Of a stretch of 64,000 nucleotides of DNA, positions 47,116-56,634 are shown piece after piece. Origin of the DNA: Escherichia phage EJP2. The notes beneath the pieces are model-generated. The model saw only the letters and a program-made list of their open reading frames with translations, was not told the DNA's origin and ran no database searches. The translations under genes were made by a program, and so were the position numbers. Positions within the stretch are counted from its first letter, which is position 1. Every line of letters starts with the position of its first letter. The stretch lies in the sequence record OQ411014.1. The stretch is one strand, 5' to 3'.

Positions 47116-47727
47116 ATGAAGAATCTAGATAAATTTGAAGACCTTATCAGTACTGCAAAAGCGTTCGGGTATTATAATTTCATCCAACGCTTTGGCCTCA
47201 AAGAAGAAAGTAACCGTTTCTGTAAAGTATATCGTGGTATCTGTACTGAAGATTCGGAGTATCAGTTCTTGATTGGAACTATGCGTTCTAGTGGTGGGAT
47301 TACATACATCGTTGAAGATAATAAAACAGGTGAGTACTTGAACATGTTCGCTCTTCGGGCAGAAGGTGAATCTGAACTTACTGCGATGTTTAAAGACTGG
47401 ACACGACTATCATACAAATACGATAAGTTCAACATCTACAACTACGAAACCAAGAAGATGGAAGTTGTACCGAACATTGACATGTCTGAAGATGAACATT
47501 TTCAGTTCATGCTATTGCATGATATTCCAGATTATGATACAGTACAGTCAGTACTGAAATATCATAAAGAAGTTTCACCAATGCTCAAAGAACATAAGCT
47601 ATTCAATATCATCACGTACACGATGCCTGATTTTGATTTCACAAAGATGAAAATCAAACCTGAAGTAATTGACACGTGTATGGATTTGATACCTGAATCA
47701 TCTTTATACAAACACAAGGATATATAA
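47116..47727 (+). CDS. FQ-motif paralog family protein
   Basis: Motif SEDEHFQFMLLHD; ATG 47116 with RBS AGGAAT preferred over listed 47017. Confidence 0.6.
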   Translation: MKNLDKFEDLISTAKAFGYYNFIQRFGLKEESNRFCKVYRGICTEDSEYQFLIGTMRSSGGITYIVEDNKTGEYLNMFALRAEGESELTAMFKDWTRLSYKYDKFNIYNYETKKMEVVPNIDMSEDEHFQFMLLHDIPDYDTVQSVLKYHKEVSPMLKEHKLFNIITYTMPDFDFTKMKIKPEVIDTCMDLIPESSLYKHKDI

Positions 47728-48866
47728 TGACTACAATGCGTGAACTATATGACGATTTGAATGCATTAGTATCTGATGCTTTCTATCACAAAGATTTCGT
47801 TAGTAAAGGCTCTGGTACGTACCGGATTTTCTCGTACCGTCTAGCGAGTGCTGCTGACTTCGAAGAACGTAATGCCCTTGAGTCACGTGGTATTATGTTC
47901 GAGATTGATGCAGATACTAAAGAGCCAATTCGTATTGCTTCTCGGACTATGAAGAAGTTTTTCAATGCAGGGGAAACCCAAGAATTACAGTTCAAGAAGG
48001 ACGTACCATTCAGTACTATCAAGTGCGTAATGCCTAAGTTGGATGGTTCTGTTATTGCAACCTTCATGGACAATGATGGAATTATTCGTACTAAATCAAA
48101 CTCTTCGTTGGAGTCTGAGCACGCGTATTACAGTACTGAAATGATTCACGCCAATGATAAGTTACACGATGCAATCATTTGTGCTGAAGCTGCTGGTTAT
48201 ACTGTAATTATGGAATTTACTTCACCTGAGTACCGGATTATTCTTCCTTACCAGAAAGATGAACTAACTGTATTGCGTATCATTCATCGTGAAAGTGGTG
48301 AAAGCATTATGGGTTCTGACTTGAAGGAGAAGTTCCCAGTACTGTATGAGTTTTCGGTATTTGGTGATAAAGACATTCATGAATCATTCCCTGTTCGCAG
48401 TACTTTAGTACAGAGTATTGCTGCTGTTCGTGAAATGGAAGAGATTGAGGGATATGTTGTAGTACTACAAGATGGCACTACATTCAAGCTCAAGACGGAT
48501 TGGTATTGCAATTTACATTTTACCAAAGATAGTATTATCATTGATTCTCGACTATTCAAGGCAGTACTGGATGGTAGTTCAGATGATTTACGTCAATTGT
48601 TTGAAAATGATGAATATGCACTAAAAAAAGTCGAAAAAATGGAAAATTTGATTTTTTTGTGCTATAATAAGTTAGAAGAGGATGTGACTACTTTTTACGA
48701 AAAGTACAAGCACCTTGATCAAAAAACGTATGCTATGAAGGTGTTGGGTGAATTATCGAAAGATATGAACCGACAAGGACTTGCATTCAACTTGTACAAT
48801 GGTAAACCTGTTGATTACAAAGAAGTACTACTAAAGTACATGAAGAACGTGTTAGAAGGATTCTGA
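47727..48866 (+). CDS. rnlA: RNA ligase 1 (T4 RnlA-like)
   Basis: Nucleotidyltransferase motif I KxDG in MPKLDGS; N-terminal YRIFSY, RGIMFE, RIASRTMKKFFN recalled as matching T4 Rnl1; 379 aa. Confidence 0.85.
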   Translation: MTTMRELYDDLNALVSDAFYHKDFVSKGSGTYRIFSYRLASAADFEERNALESRGIMFEIDADTKEPIRIASRTMKKFFNAGETQELQFKKDVPFSTIKCVMPKLDGSVIATFMDNDGIIRTKSNSSLESEHAYYSTEMIHANDKLHDAIICAEAAGYTVIMEFTSPEYRIILPYQKDELTVLRIIHRESGESIMGSDLKEKFPVLYEFSVFGDKDIHESFPVRSTLVQSIAAVREMEEIEGYVVVLQDGTTFKLKTDWYCNLHFTKDSIIIDSRLFKAVLDGSSDDLRQLFENDEYALKKVEKMENLIFLCYNKLEEDVTTFYEKYKHLDQKTYAMKVLGELSKDMNRQGLAFNLYNGKPVDYKEVLLKYMKNVLEGF

Positions 48867-48895
48867 CATAGTAATAGCTGAACAGGGAGTAGTTC

Positions 48896-49135
48896 ATGGC
48901 TAACAAACCGAAGTACCAATTGAAGAAGGGTGAAGTACGTACACCGGAAGAGCAGAGAAGGATTTTAGAAGAAATCGATTCTTTACAGCATGAACGCTCC
49001 CGCAAAGGAGTTAAGAAAAGTGCTAAGAGGATTGCAAACACATTTGGAGTCTCAAGTACTGCATATAAAAAGGAACGTAAGCCCAAAAAGAAAAGAGACA
49101 GAATATACGATATAGGAAGATATGCTCGTGAATGA
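48896..49135 (+). CDS. hypothetical basic protein (79 aa)
   Basis: ORF track; RBS CAGGGAG; Lys/Arg-rich. Confidence 0.6.
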   Translation: MANKPKYQLKKGEVRTPEEQRRILEEIDSLQHERSRKGVKKSAKRIANTFGVSSTAYKKERKPKKKRDRIYDIGRYARE

Positions 49136-49343
49136 TACAGTTATTCTTGAAACAGTAATGTATAAAGATAAAACTTATTATGCGGTGACTAACATATCCA
49201 GTGCTCAACGCACTAAGTACGTTCAACAACTAAAGGCAGTAGGTGATACTGTCTTTGTTATTGACAATTTGTTATTCATTGATGAAATGGGTTTATTCAA
49301 TATTAGTTTATTCGACACAGAAACAGCATTTTCAATTCGCTAA
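49122..49343 (+). CDS. hypothetical protein (73 aa)
   Basis: ORF track. Confidence 0.5.
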   Translation: MLVNDTVILETVMYKDKTYYAVTNISSAQRTKYVQQLKAVGDTVFVIDNLLFIDEMGLFNISLFDTETAFSIR

Positions 49344-49360
49344 CAACTAGGAGATATATC

Positions 49361-49582
49361 ATGAAAGTTCAAATTATGCATAGTGTTGTCCAGGACATGT
49401 CTGTGGTGAAGTTTAGTACTCTAAGTGATTATTTCCGTTGTATCGAATTTATGGATACTAACGGTATACTGTGGGAACCAGTGAAGTACAGTTCCAGAAA
49501 CGATACCGCTAGTATTCGCGTTGATGAGGTAGCGTTGAATAAAATTTGTAAACGATATGGAGTTCAGAAATGCCTAAACTAG
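49361..49582 (+). CDS. hypothetical protein (73 aa)
   Basis: ORF track; RBS AGGAGAT. Confidence 0.6.
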   Translation: MKVQIMHSVVQDMSVVKFSTLSDYFRCIEFMDTNGILWEPVKYSSRNDTASIRVDEVALNKICKRYGVQKCLN

Positions 49583-50499
49583 TACTGACAGTTGGATTGC
49601 CTGGGTGCGGGAAAAGTACTTGGGCTACAGAAGAAGTAAAGAAATCCAAACGCAAAACTGTCATTCTAAATCGTGATGATATTCGTGAAACGATGTTCGG
49701 TGGTAACTGGGAATATCGTTATAGTAACGAGAACGAAAAATACGTCCAGAATACTCTCGCTTTTCAAGCCCAAGAAGCAGTGAAAAATGGCTGGGATATT
49801 ATCGTTGCAAATACTAATCTCAACCCAAAAGAACAAAACATGTGGAGTACTTTTGCAAAGGAGAATTCATATACCTTAGTACATCAGGACTTCTTCAAGG
49901 AGTTCAAGAAAGGTAAATCCTTTGTGCATGATTACTTCGCAATCAATGCTTTCGTGAAACATTGTAAAGAACGTAACCTAAAACGTTTGAAGTCTGTTCA
50001 AGAAAGTGTAATTGACCAAATGGCAACTTCGTACTATTACAGTACTGTTACGCCTCCACCAGTGATTGAAGGTGATGGTCTAAAATATTACATCGTAGAT
50101 ATTGACGGAACTCTAGCACATATGTTAGATTATCGTTCACCCTATGATGAAACAAAAGTTCATCTTGATGTACCTGATGAGTTCGTAATTTCAGTACTGC
50201 ACGCTCTTGTAAAAGACCCGTCAGTACGTATTATCCTCATGAGTGGTCGTCACGTCACCTGTAAAGAGCTAACACAAGAATGGTTAGCGAAGCATTCAGT
50301 ACCGTATCATGAGCTTCATATGCGTGCTGCGGACGATGTACGAGGGGACGATGTGGTGAAATATGAGTTGTATATGCAAGAAGTATACAACAAAAACAAA
50401 CGAGTCCAAGTTGTGTTCGATGACCGTCAAAAAGTTGTGAACACATGGCGTGAGTTGCTTGGCCTCAAAACCTTCCAGGTACAGCCTGGAAATTTCTAG
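49570..50499 (+). CDS. pseT: polynucleotide 5'-kinase/3'-phosphatase (T4 Pnk-like)
   Basis: Walker A GLPGCGKST at N-terminus; HAD phosphatase motif DIDGT; length and C-terminus like T4 Pnk. Confidence 0.9.
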   Translation: MPKLVLTVGLPGCGKSTWATEEVKKSKRKTVILNRDDIRETMFGGNWEYRYSNENEKYVQNTLAFQAQEAVKNGWDIIVANTNLNPKEQNMWSTFAKENSYTLVHQDFFKEFKKGKSFVHDYFAINAFVKHCKERNLKRLKSVQESVIDQMATSYYYSTVTPPPVIEGDGLKYYIVDIDGTLAHMLDYRSPYDETKVHLDVPDEFVISVLHALVKDPSVRIILMSGRHVTCKELTQEWLAKHSVPYHELHMRAADDVRGDDVVKYELYMQEVYNKNKRVQVVFDDRQKVVNTWRELLGLKTFQVQPGNF

Positions 50500-50508
50500 G
50501 AGTGATAT

Positions 50509-50895
50509 ATGCTCGTAATTCGAATCGGCAACGAAGAACGTGAAATCCGACTTGTGGAAACAATTGATAGTACTCAATATTTCGTACTCAAGAATGAAGT
50601 TAGTTCTGTTTCTCTAGTTGAAGCAGTTGACGACCTTTGCATTTCTCTGTATAGTGGTGGTATTGACACACTTGAAGAAGCAATCTGGATTGAAGCTGCA
50701 TACCTATCAGAAACATATGGCGTGTGGACATTTGATGAAGTTGATACAACTAAAGAAGCTACACGCTTGACGGAGTTCATGAACGATCTGATTGATGGTG
50801 TAGAGGAAGATGATCCTTTATATCAGCACGCACATTATACGGTTCAAGAAATCCAAGAAATAATCTCAACAAATCTAAAATATAAGGAAGAATAA
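50509..50895 (+). CDS. hypothetical acidic protein (128 aa)
   Basis: ORF track; RBS AGGAGTG. Confidence 0.65.
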   Translation: MLVIRIGNEEREIRLVETIDSTQYFVLKNEVSSVSLVEAVDDLCISLYSGGIDTLEEAIWIEAAYLSETYGVWTFDEVDTTKEATRLTEFMNDLIDGVEEDDPLYQHAHYTVQEIQEIISTNLKYKEE

Positions 50896-50896
50896 T

Positions 50897-51253
50897 ATGA
50901 GCATTACAGTACTATTTGGTCTAGACAACGTTGACATTTTCGATGCAGTTGCAAAAGCACAAGACGTTGATGTTGCTGGGATGGTGGTTTCTTATGGTAA
51001 CGTCCAAGGTGAAACTATCGAGATTTATGGTGAACAAACAGTACTGAAAGTTGCTAGATTAGCAGAATTCAACGGTACTGCATTGACTGTCTATACTGAC
51101 GGTACTAAAGAGTTCATCGATGTTGCTAAGTTCATTCCTGTGTGTGAGCCTGTTGCAGCAGATAAGATTGGTGAACTAGTATTTGATCAAACTGAACTAC
51201 CATTTGCTGTAGCATTAGTTCGTGGTGTTCATCGTTTAGTTCACGTAATCTAA
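50897..51253 (+). CDS. hypothetical protein (118 aa)
   Basis: ORF track; RBS AAGGAAG. Confidence 0.65.
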   Translation: MSITVLFGLDNVDIFDAVAKAQDVDVAGMVVSYGNVQGETIEIYGEQTVLKVARLAEFNGTALTVYTDGTKEFIDVAKFIPVCEPVAADKIGELVFDQTELPFAVALVRGVHRLVHVI

Positions 51254-51263
51254 TTTCAAATAC

Positions 51264-51293
51264 AGTACTGCTATTGTGGCAGTACTTTTTTTG
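51264..51293 (+). terminator. rho-independent terminator
   Basis: Stem AGTACTGC..GCAGTACT followed by T7 tract. Confidence 0.65.
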
Positions 51294-51301
51294 AGGTATA
51301 T

Positions 51302-51544
51302 ATGAGTAGTATTCAAAAGTTCCAAATGCTTGAAGGTACTCTAAAGAGCTTCACTGAAGTTGCTAATGATATGCGTACTGCATTACTCGGAACTAAAATT
51401 CAGTTACACGATGATACTCGTGTATATGAAGTACAAAGTATTTCATGGGATTATTCTGGTTCATTGACTATTGCAATTGAAGAATTACCGCGTGCATATT
51501 CAGTGAAGCGTGTTAGTCTAAATGAAATCTCTCGTGTTCTATAA
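51302..51544 (+). CDS. hypothetical protein (80 aa)
   Basis: ORF track; RBS GAGGTAT. Confidence 0.6.
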   Translation: MSSIQKFQMLEGTLKSFTEVANDMRTALLGTKIQLHDDTRVYEVQSISWDYSGSLTIAIEELPRAYSVKRVSLNEISRVL

Positions 51545-51555
51545 AGGATAATCAA

Positions 51556-51723
51556 ATGTTTACAGCAATTCTAGGTTTTGTATTCTGGTTGGCAATGGTT
51601 GGTGCAGTAGTGTTTCAGGCACAAACACAAAATCGTAAAATCGCATTTTGGGTAGTGTGTGCACTAATTGTAACTCCAGTAATCCCAGCGAGTATACTCT
51701 ACTTCTTAGGTCGAAGGAAGTGA
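51556..51723 (+). CDS. small membrane protein (55 aa)
   Basis: ATG 51556 after RBS AAGGAT; two hydrophobic helices; not in ORF track; read directly. Confidence 0.45.
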   Translation: MFTAILGFVFWLAMVGAVVFQAQTQNRKIAFWVVCALIVTPVIPASILYFLGRRK

Positions 51724-51737
51724 CACTACTATTACTG

Positions 51738-51917
51738 ATGTATATATGTGGATTCACTTCATCAGTACTAATATCTGAGTTTGAATATCATTTATACAAT
51801 GTTGAATGTACCAGAGTGGATTATTGTTATATAATAGTGTATTCACTCCTTGGTTGGTACGTTATGATACCTTGGATTGTCATTGACAATCTTTGGAAAT
51901 ATAAAAGAAAGGGTTAA
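51738..51917 (+). CDS. small hydrophobic protein (59 aa)
   Basis: Internal ATG of listed ORF 51648-51917. Confidence 0.35.
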   Translation: MYICGFTSSVLISEFEYHLYNVECTRVDYCYIIVYSLLGWYVMIPWIVIDNLWKYKRKG

Positions 51918-51947
51918 TACCCTTTATTAATTACATAAGGAATTATC

Positions 51948-52298
51948 ATGAACAATGCACAAGCCCAGTCTGCATTAGGTAGTATTGAGACGTTCATAGA
52001 GTCATTGGTTCAAATAAAACAACGTGAACTTGACCGCATAACTGAGAAAGTATCTAACTTGGAAGTACAAGTAACTCCAGAAATTATGTTAGAACTTGCG
52101 TGTGTCTTTTATCACAAAGACTATGATCTTACTGATTGTAAAGTTACTAGTGTTAAAGTACATCAAGTCTTGTACACTGAAGAAGAATGTATTGGTTTTA
52201 TCTTAGTAGTACTGGTAGAAATGCCGGACGAAACTATTGACAAATATTATTTGTGTCCAGATGATATTCATAAATTGAAGTTTATTGATGAGGAATAA
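51948..52298 (+). CDS. hypothetical protein (116 aa)
   Basis: ORF track; RBS AAGGAAT. Confidence 0.65.
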   Translation: MNNAQAQSALGSIETFIESLVQIKQRELDRITEKVSNLEVQVTPEIMLELACVFYHKDYDLTDCKVTSVKVHQVLYTEEECIGFILVVLVEMPDETIDKYYLCPDDIHKLKFIDEE

Positions 52299-52300
52299 AA

Positions 52301-52729
52301 ATGAAGCTATATTGCTTAGTGAACGTAAAATGTTGTGCAATACAAGCAGGTATTCAGGCATTACACAGTACTGCAAGAATGATGCACAAGTATCACATGA
52401 ATGGTCAAGCATGGGCTAATCTTATGATTGACACTTGGATGACTCACAACGAAACTGTAGTACTCTTACAGGGTGGTGTGCACAAAACTCTACGTGATAA
52501 AGTCAATCTCCTAAATGGACAAGAAGTTATGCCATTTGATTTCTTCACTGAAGAAGATATCAATGATGCATATACTAGTATCTCCATCCTTTGCAGTACT
52601 GAAATGGTTGAGGATATGAAACGTCTTCGTGAAGAAGAAGTTACTAAAGAAGACTTAGCACAAAAATACAGTTCGTGGTCTGCTGCTGAGATTTTGGAAT
52701 TTATGGCATTTGCGAGGACAATCTCCTAA
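52301..52729 (+). CDS. hypothetical protein (142 aa)
   Basis: ORF track; RBS GAGGAAT. Confidence 0.65.
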   Translation: MKLYCLVNVKCCAIQAGIQALHSTARMMHKYHMNGQAWANLMIDTWMTHNETVVLLQGGVHKTLRDKVNLLNGQEVMPFDFFTEEDINDAYTSISILCSTEMVEDMKRLREEEVTKEDLAQKYSSWSAAEILEFMAFARTIS

Positions 52730-53955
52730 TGAAATTACCTACAGAGTGGTATGTTGCTCGAAGCATGAACAGTACTGAAGAGATTTTAGGCTTTTTGGTT
52801 GATGCATCGAGTAAAACATCAAAAACGTTTGAAAGTAAGAAAGAAAAGGCTGATTACTGGGCGAGAAACCGTACTAGTAATGGTAAGCTAGAAGGGATTT
52901 ATGTTAGTAATGAACCCCAAGAAGGTTTTCAGATTGTAACCAACGTTGGTCGTTATCGTACCAAGAACGTTCTATGGCGTGTATGGCATCCAGAAGGTTT
53001 TGAGTTCGAAATCACTTCTGACAACTTCTGTGATTTACTCCAGACTAACACTATCATTGATGGTGAAATTCAGGGTAAATTATTCTTGACTTCAGATAAG
53101 AAGTTAGTGAATGAGAAAACCAAACTCTTTGCAGATCGTATTGCTAAAGAAGAAAAAGCCAATAATATCAATGCTTCAGTAAAAGAATTGAAAATTGGTC
53201 AAGGCATTCGTATTGAAACTGTATCCAAAAGTACATCACCTGATTTTATCTATATGGGTAAAGTGCACTGTATCAGTACTCATGCTAATTACAAATACCG
53301 TATCAAAGATAAGAGTTCCTTAGTACACGTACTGAAACGTGTAATTGATGGTGCGTACTTCTTGACTGCAAAGATTACTCACGACTTTATTCGTGTTGAT
53401 CAGTACGATGTAAAAATCACACCAGCAGAAGTGTGCAAAGAAGTGAATGCATATTTCAAAGATGTATTTGACTATAACAATGCAGCTATGACACATCTAT
53501 GTCCGGTGTATACCTATGTTACTCCGTTGTGTGTGAGTCCAAAGCCATTCAAGAAAGATGACATGCACATTGAATTCACACAAGTTCCTGGTAATAGTAT
53601 TACCCGTTTCGATGGTTCTACACAGATTCGTTATGAACAAGACGGTGAACAGTACTGGGTATTTGGATATCTACGTCCATCCAAAAACACTTCATACGAT
53701 TCACACGTTTATAATATTGTGTTGACAACTAGTACTGGTGCAACTAAAATCTTCATGCGTAAATGCACAGTGAACGAACATGGTGTACTCAACCCCAATG
53801 CTGAATTGGGTAACATGTATAACTTCACGTACTGCACCGAATTTTATTCACCATGCAGTCGGCATATGCCAACATCTGAACTCGATGGCAAGAAGTGTTT
53901 AGTTCGGATTGATATTCCAGAATTTCTTGAAGTTGGACATTACACACTAAAATAA
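52729..53955 (+). CDS. hypothetical protein (408 aa)
   Basis: ORF track; TAATG overlap; no motif recognised. Confidence 0.65.
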   Translation: MKLPTEWYVARSMNSTEEILGFLVDASSKTSKTFESKKEKADYWARNRTSNGKLEGIYVSNEPQEGFQIVTNVGRYRTKNVLWRVWHPEGFEFEITSDNFCDLLQTNTIIDGEIQGKLFLTSDKKLVNEKTKLFADRIAKEEKANNINASVKELKIGQGIRIETVSKSTSPDFIYMGKVHCISTHANYKYRIKDKSSLVHVLKRVIDGAYFLTAKITHDFIRVDQYDVKITPAEVCKEVNAYFKDVFDYNNAAMTHLCPVYTYVTPLCVSPKPFKKDDMHIEFTQVPGNSITRFDGSTQIRYEQDGEQYWVFGYLRPSKNTSYDSHVYNIVLTTSTGATKIFMRKCTVNEHGVLNPNAELGNMYNFTYCTEFYSPCSRHMPTSELDGKKCLVRIDIPEFLEVGHYTLK

Positions 53956-53965
53956 GGATATTACT

Positions 53966-55381
53966 ATGAGCGTACTTTCTATTTTGACTGAACTAAAAGA
54001 CAATGCATCTATTCTGGTCAAAAAAGACATTCTCAATAAAAACAAGGACGATGCAGTACTGCAACGTGTTCTCAAACTAGCTTTAGACCCAGGAATTGTA
54101 AGTGGTTATAAGAAGCTACCGAATCCCTTCGTTAGTGAAACTAAGTACACACTCAACGAAGCACTAAATCAGCTTGATGATATCTACACTCGTAAGTACA
54201 CTGGTCATGCTGGACGTGACCACATTGCACAAATCCTAGGTTCAGTCACTGAAGATGACCGTGAAGTTATCCGTCGAGTACTGACTAAGGACTTAGAGTG
54301 TGGTGCTAGTGATAAGATTGTGAACGATGTATTTGGTAAAGGTTTTGTCAAAGATGAACCGTATATGCGTTGTTCATTGATTGATCATAAAACTGCAAAA
54401 AACATCAACTTCGATGGTTATGGTTATGCTGTCTCTGAAGTAAAAATGGACGGCACTTACCTGAACCACGTAGTCATCAACAATGCACTAACATCCTCAT
54501 CCAGAAATGGTAAACTATATGATTTTCTTGGTTGTCGTGACTTAGAAATGAGTGGGGTTGCTGGAATCATTCAGAAAAATGATCCACGTTTCAGTTCTGG
54601 TGTAGTTTTCATGGGAGAAGGTTTAGTACTAGACACTGATGGCACTATTCTTCCACGAACAACTGGTAATGGGATCATCCAAAAAGCGGGTAAAGATTCC
54701 ATAACATCGTTCGAAGCTATGCGGGTAGTCTTTGTATTATGGGACGTTGTTCCATATGATGCATTCTGTAATGGTTTTTGGGATGTGAAACGCAAAGAGC
54801 GTCGTGAAATACTTGAAAGTGCAATCAACGAATTCGATAGTGAATTTGTACGTATGGTTGAGTACCGTAAAGTAAAAAATCTAAAAGAAGCATTTGATTA
54901 TAACACTGAACTCATGAACAAGGGTGAAGAAGGTTCAGTACTGAAATGTGAAGATGGTGTTTGGAAATCACACACTTCTCCTAAGCAATTGAAAATGAAA
55001 CTGAAAATGCAAATTGATTTACGCATTGTAGGATTCAATGAAGGGGATAAGAAACGTAAAGGCTGTTTGGGTTCTTTACAACTTGAAAGTGATTGTGGTA
55101 CATTGAAAGTGAATGTAGGTACTGGTATCAAAGAGAAAGATGCCGAATGGACATTCAAAAGTATCTGGGAAAAACGTTTTGAACTATTGAATAAGATTGT
55201 CACTGTTGAGGCAAATGAAATCGTAGTTGATAAACGTACTGGAGAACCATCACTATTTTTGCCAGTGTTTGTTGAATTTAGATTTGACAAGGACACATGT
55301 GACACGTATACTCGTATCTTAGAAATTCGAGAAAGTGCTGTTGAGGTATTTGCAAACAGTATTGTTAGTTCTTTATTGTAA
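53966..55381 (+). CDS. ATP-dependent DNA ligase (T4 gp30-like)
   Basis: Adenylation motif KxDG in SEVKMDGTY; LTKDLECGAS and C-terminal LKVNVGTGIKEKD / LFLPVFVEFRFDKD recalled as matching T4 DNA ligase; 471 aa. Confidence 0.9.
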   Translation: MSVLSILTELKDNASILVKKDILNKNKDDAVLQRVLKLALDPGIVSGYKKLPNPFVSETKYTLNEALNQLDDIYTRKYTGHAGRDHIAQILGSVTEDDREVIRRVLTKDLECGASDKIVNDVFGKGFVKDEPYMRCSLIDHKTAKNINFDGYGYAVSEVKMDGTYLNHVVINNALTSSSRNGKLYDFLGCRDLEMSGVAGIIQKNDPRFSSGVVFMGEGLVLDTDGTILPRTTGNGIIQKAGKDSITSFEAMRVVFVLWDVVPYDAFCNGFWDVKRKERREILESAINEFDSEFVRMVEYRKVKNLKEAFDYNTELMNKGEEGSVLKCEDGVWKSHTSPKQLKMKLKMQIDLRIVGFNEGDKKRKGCLGSLQLESDCGTLKVNVGTGIKEKDAEWTFKSIWEKRFELLNKIVTVEANEIVVDKRTGEPSLFLPVFVEFRFDKDTCDTYTRILEIRESAVEVFANSIVSSLL

Positions 55382-55451
55382 GATAACATTCGTTCCAGTA
55401 CTGAATACGTTATAAAATTTCTAAAATGTTTACCTAATATTAGAAGGGCAA

Positions 55452-55856
55452 ATGAAACCAATATCTAAGGCGACGTTGATGATGTACAAGGATGTACTGT
55501 ACATCACAGCCAAATCAACAAGCATTCAATCTCCAGGGATGGGTCTGTTCTCGGTGCAACGAAGATCAATTTTGTATTATGATTTTTTTGCAGAATTTGA
55601 TTTTGTTGATGCGTCGCTGACGATACATAAAACACGACACGGTTCAGTAAACGATACATTTGATAATTGTCTTGACAACTGCCAGATTGATGGTGTAAAG
55701 TATGTCCTATCAAACGGACTAAGAGCACCATCTCTTGCAGATTTCAGATGTTCTCAAGTTTTCTATGCAGAAGTGCTTGACGAGAACAATAAGTTGAATT
55801 ACAATACTCTTCTTGGTGCACTTCTGGTTGAACAGAATCGCTGGAAAGATATCTAA
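55452..55856 (+). CDS. hypothetical protein (134 aa)
   Basis: ORF track; RBS AGAAGGG. Confidence 0.6.
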   Translation: MKPISKATLMMYKDVLYITAKSTSIQSPGMGLFSVQRRSILYYDFFAEFDFVDASLTIHKTRHGSVNDTFDNCLDNCQIDGVKYVLSNGLRAPSLADFRCSQVFYAEVLDENNKLNYNTLLGALLVEQNRWKDI

Positions 55857-55863
55857 AAAATGC

Positions 55864-55891
55864 TTGACAATCTAGAATAATGTGGTATAAT
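55864..55891 (+). promoter_or_regulatory. sigma70-like promoter
   Basis: -35 TTGACA 55864-55869, 16 nt, -10 TATAAT 55886-55891. Confidence 0.55.
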
Positions 55892-55941
55892 AGTTGCACT
55901 TAGTACGAAATTCTAATTGATAATCGAAAAGGAAATAAAAT

Positions 55942-56634
55942 ATGTTTCATAACTCTATCAAAGCCAATGCATACGAAGAACCAACCAACATGACTATTCC
56001 AATCGTTGTTGAACAGACTCATAATGGTGAGCGTTCTTATGATTTACCATCTCGTTTGATGAACTCTCGTATCATCATGGTTGATACTGATTTCAACGAC
56101 CAGATGGCATATGTAATCAAAATGCAGTTGCTGTGGCTTGATAGTCAAAGTGCAGACCCAATCACTATGTACATCAACTCCCCTGGTGGTTCAGTACATG
56201 CTGGTTTAGGTATTGCTGATGTAGTTGCGAACCTTCGCTCTCCAGTACGCACTATCGTTATGGGTATGGCTGCATCGATGGGTTGTTACATGCAAAGTAC
56301 TATGGGTACTCCTGGTCTGCGTCTAGCAGGTAAACGTGCACAAATCATGGCACACCAAGTATCTTCTGGTACACAAGGTCTGATTCTAGACCAAGAGATT
56401 TCTCTGAATCATAGTAAGCGTTTGAACAAACTCTTGACTGAAGAGATTGCTGAAGCAGTAGGTATGCCGATTGAACAATTCCTTATTGACTGTAACCGCG
56501 ATTTGTGGTTAAATGCTGAAGAAGCATTGAACTACGGCACTAAAGGTTTCATCGATGGTATCTATCTGGGTAAACAAAACGAACAAGGCCAACTACTTGT
56601 CCAACGTCGTGGTGGTGTTGAGGAATGGGTGTAA
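55942..56634 (+). CDS. clpP: ClpP-like serine protease
   Basis: ClpP signatures INSPGGSVHAGLGI and active-site Ser context GMAASMG; His in MAHQ. Confidence 0.8.
   Translation: MFHNSIKANAYEEPTNMTIPIVVEQTHNGERSYDLPSRLMNSRIIMVDTDFNDQMAYVIKMQLLWLDSQSADPITMYINSPGGSVHAGLGIADVVANLRSPVRTIVMGMAASMGCYMQSTMGTPGLRLAGKRAQIMAHQVSSGTQGLILDQEISLNHSKRLNKLLTEEIAEAVGMPIEQFLIDCNRDLWLNAEEALNYGTKGFIDGIYLGKQNEQGQLLVQRRGGVEEWV

Noticed and set aside
52301-52729. Peptidyl-tRNA hydrolase-like assignment for the 142-aa protein
   Set aside because: Only a vague resemblance; no catalytic motif could be identified by eye, so left as hypothetical.
54898-55461. 187-aa minus-strand ORF
   Set aside because: Entirely antisense to the DNA ligase gene, whose identity is well supported; no RBS.
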